Positions 56,482 to 64,000 of a stretch of 64,000 bases of DNA are shown here, piece after piece (the stretch's first letter is position 1; each line of letters starts with the position of its first letter). The stretch is taken from the IMG/VR virus record IMGVR_UViG_3300035212_003113, positions 62,001 through 126,000 of that record. One strand, given 5' to 3'. Below the pieces are notes generated by a model that ran no database searches, was not told the origin of the DNA, and saw only the letters and a list, made by a program, of their open reading frames with translations. The position numbers and the translations under genes are program-made.

Positions 56482-57188
56482 GTGATTATGCTCGAGTCAT
56501 TCAGCATTGCTGGGACAAAACGCTTCGTGGAGCAGAGCCGAATGGCTCGTATTTTTTCTCGAAGGCTGACCTCGAGCAGTCTGCCGCTACACTTGGTCTA
56601 GTGATCAAAAACATAGCAGATATTCGCTATACGTTTGATTCAAGAGAGCCGCTGCCATTCTCGCACGATTACGGCATACTCCAGCTAGGCAAAGGCAAGT
56701 ATGCTTTTGTGCCAGTCAAAGCTAACCTGGTTGACATGCCGCAGATTGATGAGGCGCTTGCAGTAAAAGACTGCACCCCCGCTTTTGCAAAGAAGTATCT
56801 ATCTAATGACGAGCAGGCAGCTATAACGCGCATGATGAGCAGCGGATGCTTTAACATGCTACCAGGCATATCTTGTGTACAGCGGTTGCAAGATCACTGG
56901 CGTACGACATGTAGCTTTGGACAAGTAGAGGTCGATGGTTTGGCCTCTGCAAAAGAGGGCGGGCGAGACTGCATACTGCTTATATCTGCAAAGCAATATC
57001 CTGGTAAAATAAGCAAGACGTACATCTATAATCTCGGGCGCCTCGCAAAGGAAAAGTTTCCTTCAGAAGTGGTTAAGATTGTCAATGTGTATTGCGCAGA
57101 TGACTGCTATGTAGCATGGAGTTGTTGCGCCGGTGACAGCCCGGATGCAGTAGAGATAACAGATAGCACTGCATTCCATCTCTACTGA
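56478..57188 (+). CDS. putative PD-(D/E)XK restriction-endonuclease-like protein
   Basis: KNIADIRYTF.SR..LP, GKGKYAF, DEQA, LQDHWRT, QVEVD, SAK. Confidence 0.6.
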   Translation: MSDYARVIQHCWDKTLRGAEPNGSYFFSKADLEQSAATLGLVIKNIADIRYTFDSREPLPFSHDYGILQLGKGKYAFVPVKANLVDMPQIDEALAVKDCTPAFAKKYLSNDEQAAITRMMSSGCFNMLPGISCVQRLQDHWRTTCSFGQVEVDGLASAKEGGRDCILLISAKQYPGKISKTYIYNLGRLAKEKFPSEVVKIVNVYCADDCYVAWSCCAGDSPDAVEITDSTAFHLY

Positions 57189-57214
57189 AATAAGGTTAAG
57201 ATTAAGTTGTGGTT

Positions 57215-57232
57215 GCCGCGATTCGTCGCGGC
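57215..57232 (+). terminator. GC hairpin with TTCG loop
   Basis: GCCGCGA-TTCG-TCGCGGC; weak U tail. Confidence 0.4.
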
Positions 57233-57234
57233 TT

Positions 57235-58257
57235 ATGGTGTTTATGGAGAACTATGTTGCGTATCTCAAAGCCAACAAAATACATGGCACAGATTTCGTT
57301 TTCTCGAGTAACAAATTCACCCGTTCGCTTTCATTCCGACCTGGCATAGGCACAAGGCTTTCGGCAGTAGAGAAAATAGTAAAAGACTTCTCGTTGTTTG
57401 CAGGCTCGGTAGGCGTTGCAACCGTATCTGCACACTACAACGACGGTAGAATTAAAATCGAATGGCTACATGAACCGCTGCAAAGCAGCACCCTGCCCGG
57501 TCGGCCAGACTTCTATAGCGTTCCACTTGGTATCACCACAAAAGGCGAGCCAAGAAATATCCATCTGCCCAAGGCGCCACACATTCTAGTGGCCGGAACA
57601 ACCGGTAGTGGCAAGACCTATTGGATGCATGGTGCTATTCGCTGGGCTCTAAAGCAGGAAATGCAGGTCTATGCAATCGATCCAAAGTGGGGCGAGTTCG
57701 TTGCGTACAGCAAAGACGCACGCTTTAGGCACCTTACCGAGGACGAAGATATCCTAGGAACAGTTAATGATCTGGTCTCCCGAATGGATCTGCGCTATCG
57801 GCGCATGGCAGAACTCAAGATGTCAGACATTGTTACGCTAAATCGGATGTCTGGTAAGAAAATGGATCCGATACTATTGGTAGTGGACGAGCTTGCTGAC
57901 CTCGTAGCAAAGCATGGAGATGCATTCCTCAAGCCGCTACAGCGCCTTGCCCAGAAAGGCCGAGCCGCTGGTATACATATTATTTGTGCGACGCAGGCGC
58001 CAACCGCCAAGCTGCTAAATGGCGAGCTAAAGGCAAACTTCCCGGTGCGCGTGGCGTTCAGAACTGCTTCGGCCGTAGCCAGCAGAGTAATTCTTGACGC
58101 ATCAGGTGCTGAGAATCTAGCAGGGGCTGGTGATGGCATCTGTATCGCAGAGGGCGGCGAATGGGTTAGGTTCAAGGGTTATGCTCTTGGTAATGCGCCG
58201 CTAGAGATAAAGCCAAAGTCTATCTGGCATATGCTCAAAGAAATGGTTAACATATGA
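57235..58257 (+). CDS. FtsK/SpoIIIE-family ATPase (no TM or gamma domain)
   Basis: PHILVAGTTGSGKT, IDPK, VVDELADL, LAQKGRAAGIH, GAENL.G.GD. Confidence 0.92.
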   Translation: MVFMENYVAYLKANKIHGTDFVFSSNKFTRSLSFRPGIGTRLSAVEKIVKDFSLFAGSVGVATVSAHYNDGRIKIEWLHEPLQSSTLPGRPDFYSVPLGITTKGEPRNIHLPKAPHILVAGTTGSGKTYWMHGAIRWALKQEMQVYAIDPKWGEFVAYSKDARFRHLTEDEDILGTVNDLVSRMDLRYRRMAELKMSDIVTLNRMSGKKMDPILLVVDELADLVAKHGDAFLKPLQRLAQKGRAAGIHIICATQAPTAKLLNGELKANFPVRVAFRTASAVASRVILDASGAENLAGAGDGICIAEGGEWVRFKGYALGNAPLEIKPKSIWHMLKEMVNI

Positions 58258-58649
58258 ACAATCGTATCGCTTATGCGCTAATTAAAGAGATCCCGCTGCC
58301 CAGGCTGCTTGCTGCACTTGAAGGCGCTAGCGAGGCACCTCCGGCTGAGCTTGCAGAGGCAGCAGACAAAGTAAGCAAGCTCATATATGGCTCAGAAGAG
58401 AACGACCAAATGCTGCGAGACATTGCAAAGCTTCTGGTTACGACGCCAGCTCTTACGAGTAGCATAATTATGCGCTCGCCTGCCGTAGAGGGCTTGCTTG
58501 CAAGCCAAGCCGTTTCGCAGGCTATTGAGTTGCTAAAAAATGCAGGATTTGGTGCCCTACACATAGCAGAACAAAAAGCAGAGCACCGTAGTCCGGTGCT
58601 CAGCAAGTTTCTTAAGATTTGCCAGGAAGAGCTATCTGGTCGCTCATGA
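58254..58649 (+). CDS. hypothetical protein
   Basis: ATGA overlap. Confidence 0.6.
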   Translation: MNNRIAYALIKEIPLPRLLAALEGASEAPPAELAEAADKVSKLIYGSEENDQMLRDIAKLLVTTPALTSSIIMRSPAVEGLLASQAVSQAIELLKNAGFGALHIAEQKAEHRSPVLSKFLKICQEELSGRS

Positions 58650-59006
58650 CTCCGGTTCGTCTACTTCTACCGCTTCCTCTATGTGGGCATCAGACTCTTC
58701 TTCTAGATCTGCGTCATCCCCGTCACCGTCGCCTTCATCTGCGTCTAGCATTCCTTTCAGCCTATTTGCAAGCTCCTTTACAGGATCAGTCGCTGGAAGC
58801 TCTGGCATTGGTGGGGCTTTAGTTGCACCGGCAGCAGGATCAGCTGGCAATGGGACTTCTGAGATCGCATCTCCGCCAGCGGCAGGATTCTTTTGATCAG
58901 TCCCCATTTGTTGGACAAGCGAGTCTATTTTGACAGAAGGGTCAACCGCAGGAGCGGCCTCGTCTGCGGTTTTAAAAAGACTAAAATTAAACACGGAATA
59001 CCTCAT
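58644..59006 (-). CDS. acidic Pro/Ala-rich protein
   Basis: MRYSVFNFSLFKTADEAAPAVD...; biased, protein-like composition; fills the gap. Confidence 0.6.
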   Translation of the reverse strand: MRYSVFNFSLFKTADEAAPAVDPSVKIDSLVQQMGTDQKNPAAGGDAISEVPLPADPAAGATKAPPMPELPATDPVKELANRLKGMLDADEGDGDGDDADLEEESDAHIEEAVEVDEPES

Positions 59007-59331
59007 GAGTGAAAACGAAGAACTATCTCTATATTCGTCTGCAAAAGAATTGAGCAAGAAAAAGCTGCTCGATGGGATTATTTCGCAAATCTCCGATCCG
59101 GGATTCGATATCATTAACTTTGCCAGACTCCTAGAGCAGGATGACGGCGGCGACAATGGTCTAAATCCACTGCACTCTGTATTTACACAGTACAATGTGC
59201 AGCAAGCGAAAAAATTCTTAAGAGCAGTAGAACTACTTGATCAGTATTTTGCATCTATTCCAGATGATCCTTTAGATGGATCGCCTGATGGAGCAGAAGA
59301 GATCGTAGCAGAGGTGGCGGATGACGACTGA
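59005..59331 (+). CDS. acidic hypothetical protein
   Basis: MSENEELSLY. Confidence 0.6.
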   Translation: MSENEELSLYSSAKELSKKKLLDGIISQISDPGFDIINFARLLEQDDGGDNGLNPLHSVFTQYNVQQAKKFLRAVELLDQYFASIPDDPLDGSPDGAEEIVAEVADDD

Positions 59332-59701
59332 CGCACTACTGCCAGGCCGCCGGGTGCGGGTTTACCGCAATCTGCACAGTGGCAACTTCTCGGTTCAGTG
59401 CACCAAAAGTGGGCTAGTTGTTGCGCGAGTGTCGCGCATAGTTCTTGCTAATGCCGCATTTGTGGTCAGGCCAGCCGGCCGCGCAAAGGTTCTAGCGCAA
59501 AAGAAAAAGAATGTGCATGCCTTTGTCGTAGGAGAGGTAAGCGCAGAGGCGCTAGCAGGGACAAGGCAGGTAAAATATAACCCATATGCTGCCGGGCATT
59601 TTTGGATCAACAGCCCCGAACAAGAAATCAGCCGTGCCAACCTGGTACTGCTAGTCGACAACAAGATCTTTATCCGAAAGGAAAGTAATGAACAGCAATA
59701 A
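59321..59701 (+). CDS. conserved phage hypothetical protein
   Basis: [25 protein letters not shown]. Confidence 0.75.
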   Translation: MTTDALLPGRRVRVYRNLHSGNFSVQCTKSGLVVARVSRIVLANAAFVVRPAGRAKVLAQKKKNVHAFVVGEVSAEALAGTRQVKYNPYAAGHFWINSPEQEISRANLVLLVDNKIFIRKESNEQQ

Positions 59702-59921
59702 TAGCGACAAGGTAAAACTCACAGGCTTGGTTACAAACGTAAACAATTCGATTATCTTTGTAGAGGTGCAGCACGGCGAAAGGCGGCTTAACATTACCGC
59801 ATATCCCGGCGGCAAGCTCCGTAAGAACTCGATCATGATTACGCTAGGTGATACCGTAGATCTAGAAGTCAGTCCTTATGATCTAACCAAGGGTCGCATA
59901 GTTTATCGGCATGCTAAGTGA
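59688..59921 (+). CDS. infA: translation initiation factor IF-1
   Basis: [27 protein letters not shown]. Confidence 0.93.
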   Translation: MNSNNSDKVKLTGLVTNVNNSIIFVEVQHGERRLNITAYPGGKLRKNSIMITLGDTVDLEVSPYDLTKGRIVYRHAK

Positions 59922-60133
59922 TAGCAGGTATAGAAGTAGATGCTGCTGTTACCAAAGCAGCAGGCATGCTGGCTGCAGACAAGATAGTCGCAATAATCGG
60001 ACTGCTTTGCAATTCTAGTAAATGCGCAGTTGATACGCTTTCGGTTTATCTTGTCGAGCTACAGGGAGCTGAGCAGCCAGATCACCTAATGATCGGACTA
60101 GTGAAATACTATATATCACAGAGCGGTGGATGA
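59918..60133 (+). CDS. hypothetical protein
   Basis: Coupled ORF. Confidence 0.5.
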   Translation: MIAGIEVDAAVTKAAGMLAADKIVAIIGLLCNSSKCAVDTLSVYLVELQGAEQPDHLMIGLVKYYISQSGG

Positions 60134-60981
60134 TGATAAAAAACGAAAACATTAAGCTTGCCGACGAAGTACATACTATATTCCAGGCCATGCGGCCAAC
60201 TTTTATGTACCTTGCTCGCGGCTACCGAATTCCTAATCCAGGTAATTACGTAGACGAGTGGCTAGCACGAGCCTTCTTTATTGCGAAGAAGTTCGACGAT
60301 GGCGAGCTACAGCGCAAGGCTCTTTCTGACGATGGTCTAGCTGAAGCCGATGGAGCAGACTCCGAGATCGACTTCTTAAAGCTTTTCAAGTCCTATCTAA
60401 AGACTTCGTTCCGGAATGATCTCAATCGGGATTATGGCAAGAAGCTTAAGACTGTTGCTATCGAAGACTTAGTAGCCAAGTCTGCTGGTGGCGATACGCA
60501 GCAGGCGCCTGATCGAGCGATTGATGGCGTTACCTTGCAACCGGATATCGGCATAGACTCCGCTACCATCCCCGACTTACTAGAGATCATTTGCTCTGAT
60601 CTAGAAAAGGCAAAAAAAGATGAAGAGTTTGCCGCAGACCGGGTTAATGTCGTATTCTATGATGCGCTGCGAGGCGCCCTAATGAATCTTGGGCAGATCT
60701 GGATGCAAGACCCGGTGGTGCCCAACTTTGTATCTACCGAGAACAAGAATTACTTTGACGCAGATTTTAGAGAAATGCTTACGCCAAGAGTTGCCTTCTA
60801 CATGGCAGAAGCTGCGCTGGCAGAAGACTCGCCGCTGGTTGCCAGCAAGGTTGCAGACATATGCCTGAGCCATGCTGGTATGGCATTGCAGCGGCGCATG
60901 TATAGGTATTTCTTTGACTACCAGGGCGGACTACAGAAACGCATCCCACGCTTTCGCGCTGCCAAAAAGAAGGAAAAATGA
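60130..60981 (+). CDS. putative divergent sigma-factor-like protein
   Basis: FKSYLKTSFRNDLNRDYGKK resembles sigma70 region 2.3-2.4. Confidence 0.45.
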   Translation: MMIKNENIKLADEVHTIFQAMRPTFMYLARGYRIPNPGNYVDEWLARAFFIAKKFDDGELQRKALSDDGLAEADGADSEIDFLKLFKSYLKTSFRNDLNRDYGKKLKTVAIEDLVAKSAGGDTQQAPDRAIDGVTLQPDIGIDSATIPDLLEIICSDLEKAKKDEEFAADRVNVVFYDALRGALMNLGQIWMQDPVVPNFVSTENKNYFDADFREMLTPRVAFYMAEAALAEDSPLVASKVADICLSHAGMALQRRMYRYFFDYQGGLQKRIPRFRAAKKKEK

Positions 60982-61241
60982 AGAACTTCGGGTTATCTGA
61001 AAAAGAGCTAAAGCAGATCGTAGACAATGTTCATCCCGAGGGATGGACGCGAAAGAAGATTCCTGGTAAAAAGAAGGAGGAACTAGAGCCTTCGGCCGAG
61101 CAGCTAGAAGCGGTAAGGATTCATTTGGAGTCTATTTACATGCTAGACAAGCGCAAGGCTTATCTTCAGCAGCTAGTTGACCGATTGAGGCCAGAGGTAG
61201 AAGGTCGAAAAGTGCCATCAGGCAGTGGGCGCCCGGCCTAA
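60978..61241 (+). CDS. hypothetical protein
   Basis: Stop TAA lies inside the element's CCTAAA. Confidence 0.6.
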   Translation: MKNFGLSEKELKQIVDNVHPEGWTRKKIPGKKKEELEPSAEQLEAVRIHLESIYMLDKRKAYLQQLVDRLRPEVEGRKVPSGSGRPA

Positions 61242-61262
61242 AGGCGGGCGGCGCTGATCCTG
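61227..61262 (+). promoter_or_regulatory. CCTAAA-N13-GATCC hairpin element, copy 14
   Basis: CCTAAA 61237-61242, GATCC 61256-61260; CGCCCG/CGGGCG arms; GGAGCGAAG-ATG as in copy 1. Confidence 0.8.
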
Positions 61263-61281
61263 AAGGGCGCCCGGAGCGAAG

Positions 61282-61641
61282 ATGCTGAACGAAGCAGACA
61301 TAATAAATATCGCAAGCACTTACCTTGATGCCTATCGTGGCGTACTGGTAATTGATCCGCTGTTGCGATTTAGCGTTAGAACGGTTGGCTCCGGCCCTGT
61401 TGCCGAAACTATAAAAGACGCAAACAGTAAACTCAGCTGGATATTGCAGCTAAATGCAAACCAGCACAGCACTATCGAAGACGTAAGGGACTCAGCAATT
61501 GAGTTCCTAGCTAACATAATGCTAGTTGACATGGATTTGCTAGAGAGTGACCTTGTAAAAGACATAAAAGAGCGAATTAGTTGTAGGCTCTTCTGCGCAC
61601 TTCAAAACATGCTGCCTGACCTAGCGGATGAAGAAGAATGA
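61282..61641 (+). CDS. hypothetical protein
   Basis: GGAG SD. Confidence 0.65.
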   Translation: MLNEADIINIASTYLDAYRGVLVIDPLLRFSVRTVGSGPVAETIKDANSKLSWILQLNANQHSTIEDVRDSAIEFLANIMLVDMDLLESDLVKDIKERISCRLFCALQNMLPDLADEEE

Positions 61642-61829
61642 AGAATGTTCAAATTGCCAGCCTAGTGTGCGTAGAGTGGGATCGCGAAAGCGACCGGGTT
61701 TTTCTTAAGTTTGAAGTATTCGACAGCAAGTACAAAGACTTTGCGCTGCGTGTTGCCGGTCGAGACGATATCGCTCTTAACCTGATAGGCGAGCGACTAG
61801 AGGCAGAAATGCCAGACGAGGAGGCGTGA
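61638..61829 (+). CDS. hypothetical protein
   Basis: Coupled ORF. Confidence 0.6.
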   Translation: MKNVQIASLVCVEWDRESDRVFLKFEVFDSKYKDFALRVAGRDDIALNLIGERLEAEMPDEEA

Positions 61830-62164
61830 TGCCACAATATCTTTATCGCTGTGACAAATGCGGCTTTAGCAAGAAGCACTATTTTAACCACGACAGCAAG
61901 CGCACAGTCAGCTGCGGCAAATGCGGTGAAGTAGAGGCTTATACCCGAAGAGTCGGTACATTTAATACTCATGTGAATTACCAGACCATGGCCGAAATCA
62001 TGGAGCACGAGATTGACCCGCTTGTCAATCGAACCTATGAAAAGATTGGTACGGAGCTGGTAAATGGTGATGTGCAGACTCTACAGAATCTGGTCGGCGA
62101 CCAGAAGATGAAGGACACCTTTTACGAGGACGACACTTGGGTCGACCCGCTGGACATGCCCTGA
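61826..62164 (+). CDS. FmdB-like Zn-ribbon protein
   Basis: MPQYLYRCDKCG...CGKCG. Confidence 0.7.
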   Translation: MMPQYLYRCDKCGFSKKHYFNHDSKRTVSCGKCGEVEAYTRRVGTFNTHVNYQTMAEIMEHEIDPLVNRTYEKIGTELVNGDVQTLQNLVGDQKMKDTFYEDDTWVDPLDMP

Positions 62165-62165
62165 T

Positions 62166-62609
62166 ATGATAGATGCTAAGAGATTGCACAAGTATCTTTA
62201 TCTTGCGGACGTGGCAGTCTGCTGTGATATATGCGGAAAAGATACTTGGACTTGCACCCTACCAGAGAATGAAATCTTCGTAGAGCATCGCTGGCACCAT
62301 GCCACCTGTCCGCTTCAAGGAAGAGCAGATGTCTATAGCGACTGGGGAGGTCATCTTGATCCGGAAGTTGCCCCATGGAGCGGCAAGGTTGTGCTGAGTG
62401 CTAGGTTTGACCAAGGCAAACGCATTCATACACTGTGGCTAGAGACACATGATTCAAAGCGCTATCGTATAGTTCCTATTTCAGAGTTCGGATTGTATGA
62501 CGCAGACCCTTGCTTGCTTGACGGCAAAGATGTGCATATAGTCGGCAGCCTTGTTAACAACGAAACAATTTACTACTCAATGATGATGCAGAGGTTTGAA
62601 CATGAGTGA
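62166..62609 (+). CDS. hypothetical protein
   Basis: 147-aa ORF. Confidence 0.55.
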   Translation: MIDAKRLHKYLYLADVAVCCDICGKDTWTCTLPENEIFVEHRWHHATCPLQGRADVYSDWGGHLDPEVAPWSGKVVLSARFDQGKRIHTLWLETHDSKRYRIVPISEFGLYDADPCLLDGKDVHIVGSLVNNETIYYSMMMQRFEHE

Positions 62610-63114
62610 TCAGGAAACACCGGTTTTTCATTTTTGTCGATCAACGCTTAGCCCACACATCGATGCTTCTTTTCTACCCAAGAAGCAGAATAATGGCGAC
62701 GCCGGATTTGATGTACGCGCAGTAATCCTGGATGATAATGGCGAGCCGGGATCAATTGCTCTTCAGCCAGATCAGGCTGTCAAAATTGATCTCGGTATTC
62801 GAGTGATTGCTCCTCCTGGCTGGTGGCTTCAGCTAAATCCGCGTAGCAGTACATTTGCCAAACTGCATCTTGCCTGCCTTGTTGGCGTTGTCGACAACGG
62901 CTATGAAGGACCTATGATGTTGGCTGGCAAGTATCTGCCGCCGTCAAATGAAACGATTACGATTAAACACGGTGATCGAATTGGTCAGCTCATTCCGATG
63001 CGACTCGAGCAGATGGATGCTCGCTGGGTATCGGAAGAAGAGTTTGACCTACTAAGCCGCTCGCGTAACAATACTCGCGGCACAGGCGGATTCGGCAGCA
63101 GCGGAACGAACTGA
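62602..63114 (+). CDS. dut: trimeric dUTPase
   Basis: AGFDV, PRSS, GVVDNGYEG, GDRIGQL, RGTGGFGSSG. Confidence 0.95.
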   Translation: MSDQETPVFHFCRSTLSPHIDASFLPKKQNNGDAGFDVRAVILDDNGEPGSIALQPDQAVKIDLGIRVIAPPGWWLQLNPRSSTFAKLHLACLVGVVDNGYEGPMMLAGKYLPPSNETITIKHGDRIGQLIPMRLEQMDARWVSEEEFDLLSRSRNNTRGTGGFGSSGTN

Positions 63115-63131
63115 AGGGACAAGGCAGGAAG

Positions 63132-64000
63132 TTGAAACCACTCAAAGAGCATTATCCATTTCCTGCCTTTCGCCCTGGCGTAGAGGAGCTGCTTGACGCG
63201 CTAGACAGCAGCGAGCAAAAGAAATACTTTATTATACGCGGCAGAACAGGGTCAGGCAAAAGCGCAATTTCAGTTGCACTTTCGCGAAAGTACGAAGCAC
63301 ACATCCTAACTGCCACTAAGCTCCTACAGGACCAGTATTCAGGCACTCCTGTATTCAATGCGGAGTTCGTGCTCAAAGGCAAGAGCAATTATTCTTGTAC
63401 TATTTCTGGCGGCAGCATGTCTGATGCGCCATGTGGTAGCAGGAAGCTGCTTCAGCTAGGTAAGGCAAAATACAGCTTGCCGGAGAATACGCAGGCCGAG
63501 TTGCGACAGGCATGTGCCAAAAATAACAGGTGCGAGTATTACCAGAAAAAGTATGCACTGCCGCATACAGCTGGCGGGATCCTGAACTATGACCTGGCAT
63601 TTTCTAGCGCCTTTACCGGAAAAGCTATTATCCTTGACGAAGCACATAACTTCATCGACAAGGTGCTGGACTTCTATTCTCTAGAGATTCCTGTAAAACG
63701 CATCGTCTCGCTGCTTAAAATAAAAGACCTGCCAAATCAAACCAATTACGCTGACTGGCTAAAGCGTGTTCGCGGTGCTGCGGCTATCCGTGCCGAAGTA
63801 TCATCTGATGCAAAAACAATCGAGCAGTGTAAGCAGATCGCAGACCGAGTATCTGCCATTCTACAGGAGGCGCGCCTGCCAGGCGACTTCTATGTAGACT
63901 CAGAAAACGAAAAGGTGCAGATTAAACCAATCTATCCGCATAGCATTGCGCATAAATTTTTGTCGCGCTTTGAAAAGATCTTTTTTCTTTCAGCCACAAT
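63132..64000 (+). CDS. DinG/Rad3-family helicase (3'-truncated by window)
   Basis: TTG start; YPFPAFRP, GRTGSGKS, TATKLLQDQY, KGKSNYSC, Fe-S-like Cys residues, IILDEAHN. Confidence 0.88.
   Translation, partial: MKPLKEHYPFPAFRPGVEELLDALDSSEQKKYFIIRGRTGSGKSAISVALSRKYEAHILTATKLLQDQYSGTPVFNAEFVLKGKSNYSCTISGGSMSDAPCGSRKLLQLGKAKYSLPENTQAELRQACAKNNRCEYYQKKYALPHTAGGILNYDLAFSSAFTGKAIILDEAHNFIDKVLDFYSLEIPVKRIVSLLKIKDLPNQTNYADWLKRVRGAAAIRAEVSSDAKTIEQCKQIADRVSAILQEARLPGDFYVDSENEKVQIKPIYPHSIAHKFLSRFEKIFFLSAT

Noticed and set aside
533-61262. Repeated element read as a CRISPR array or canonical sigma28 promoter
   Set aside because: Copies are mostly kilobases apart with genes between them, and the TAAA-to-GAT distance is 13 nt versus about 18 for sigma28
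1-64000. Stop-codon (TAG) reassignment suggested by CTAG abundance
   Set aside because: Long conserved genes are intact in code 11, and many genes end in TAG with tight packing
1-64000. tRNA/rRNA genes
   Set aside because: No cloverleaf or T-loop consensus seen in the few intergenic gaps (by eye only)

Overview
This window looks like the non-structural (early/middle) region of a large, jumbo-type dsDNA tailed phage. It is densely packed and almost entirely + strand, reads in the standard genetic code, and shows no capsid/tail genes, tRNAs or CRISPR arrays. Recognisable genes fall into four groups. (a) RNA repair and translation: TrmH, two RNA ligases, a cyclic-phosphate receiver protein, Thg1, 2H phosphoesterase, oligoribonuclease, IF-1. 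(b) Proteostasis: ClpS, SspB-like, stand-alone M41, trigger factor, Hsp20. (c) DNA metabolism: type IIA topoisomerase B+A, rIIA/rIIB, UvsE, HhH glycosylases, dUTPase, DinG-like helicase, FtsK-like ATPase, HNH nucleases. (d) An AAA+/VWA-metallopeptidase pair. A Cys-repeat/vWA lipoprotein and the SspB type hint at a myxobacterial/deltaproteobacterial host (inference). The strongest unexplained signal is a dispersed element present in 13 canonical copies and 1 degenerate copy, all on +, each just upstream of a gene. It is a GC-rich hairpin with covarying arms around an invariant CCTAAA loop, with GATCC exactly 13 nt downstream. Other notable signals are about 25 small proteins starting M-K-L/I, three unrelated proteins sharing a ~28-aa N-terminal leader, and a bistable SD-sequestering leader on the Hsp20 gene. 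All calls come from reading motifs by eye; no database searches were run.
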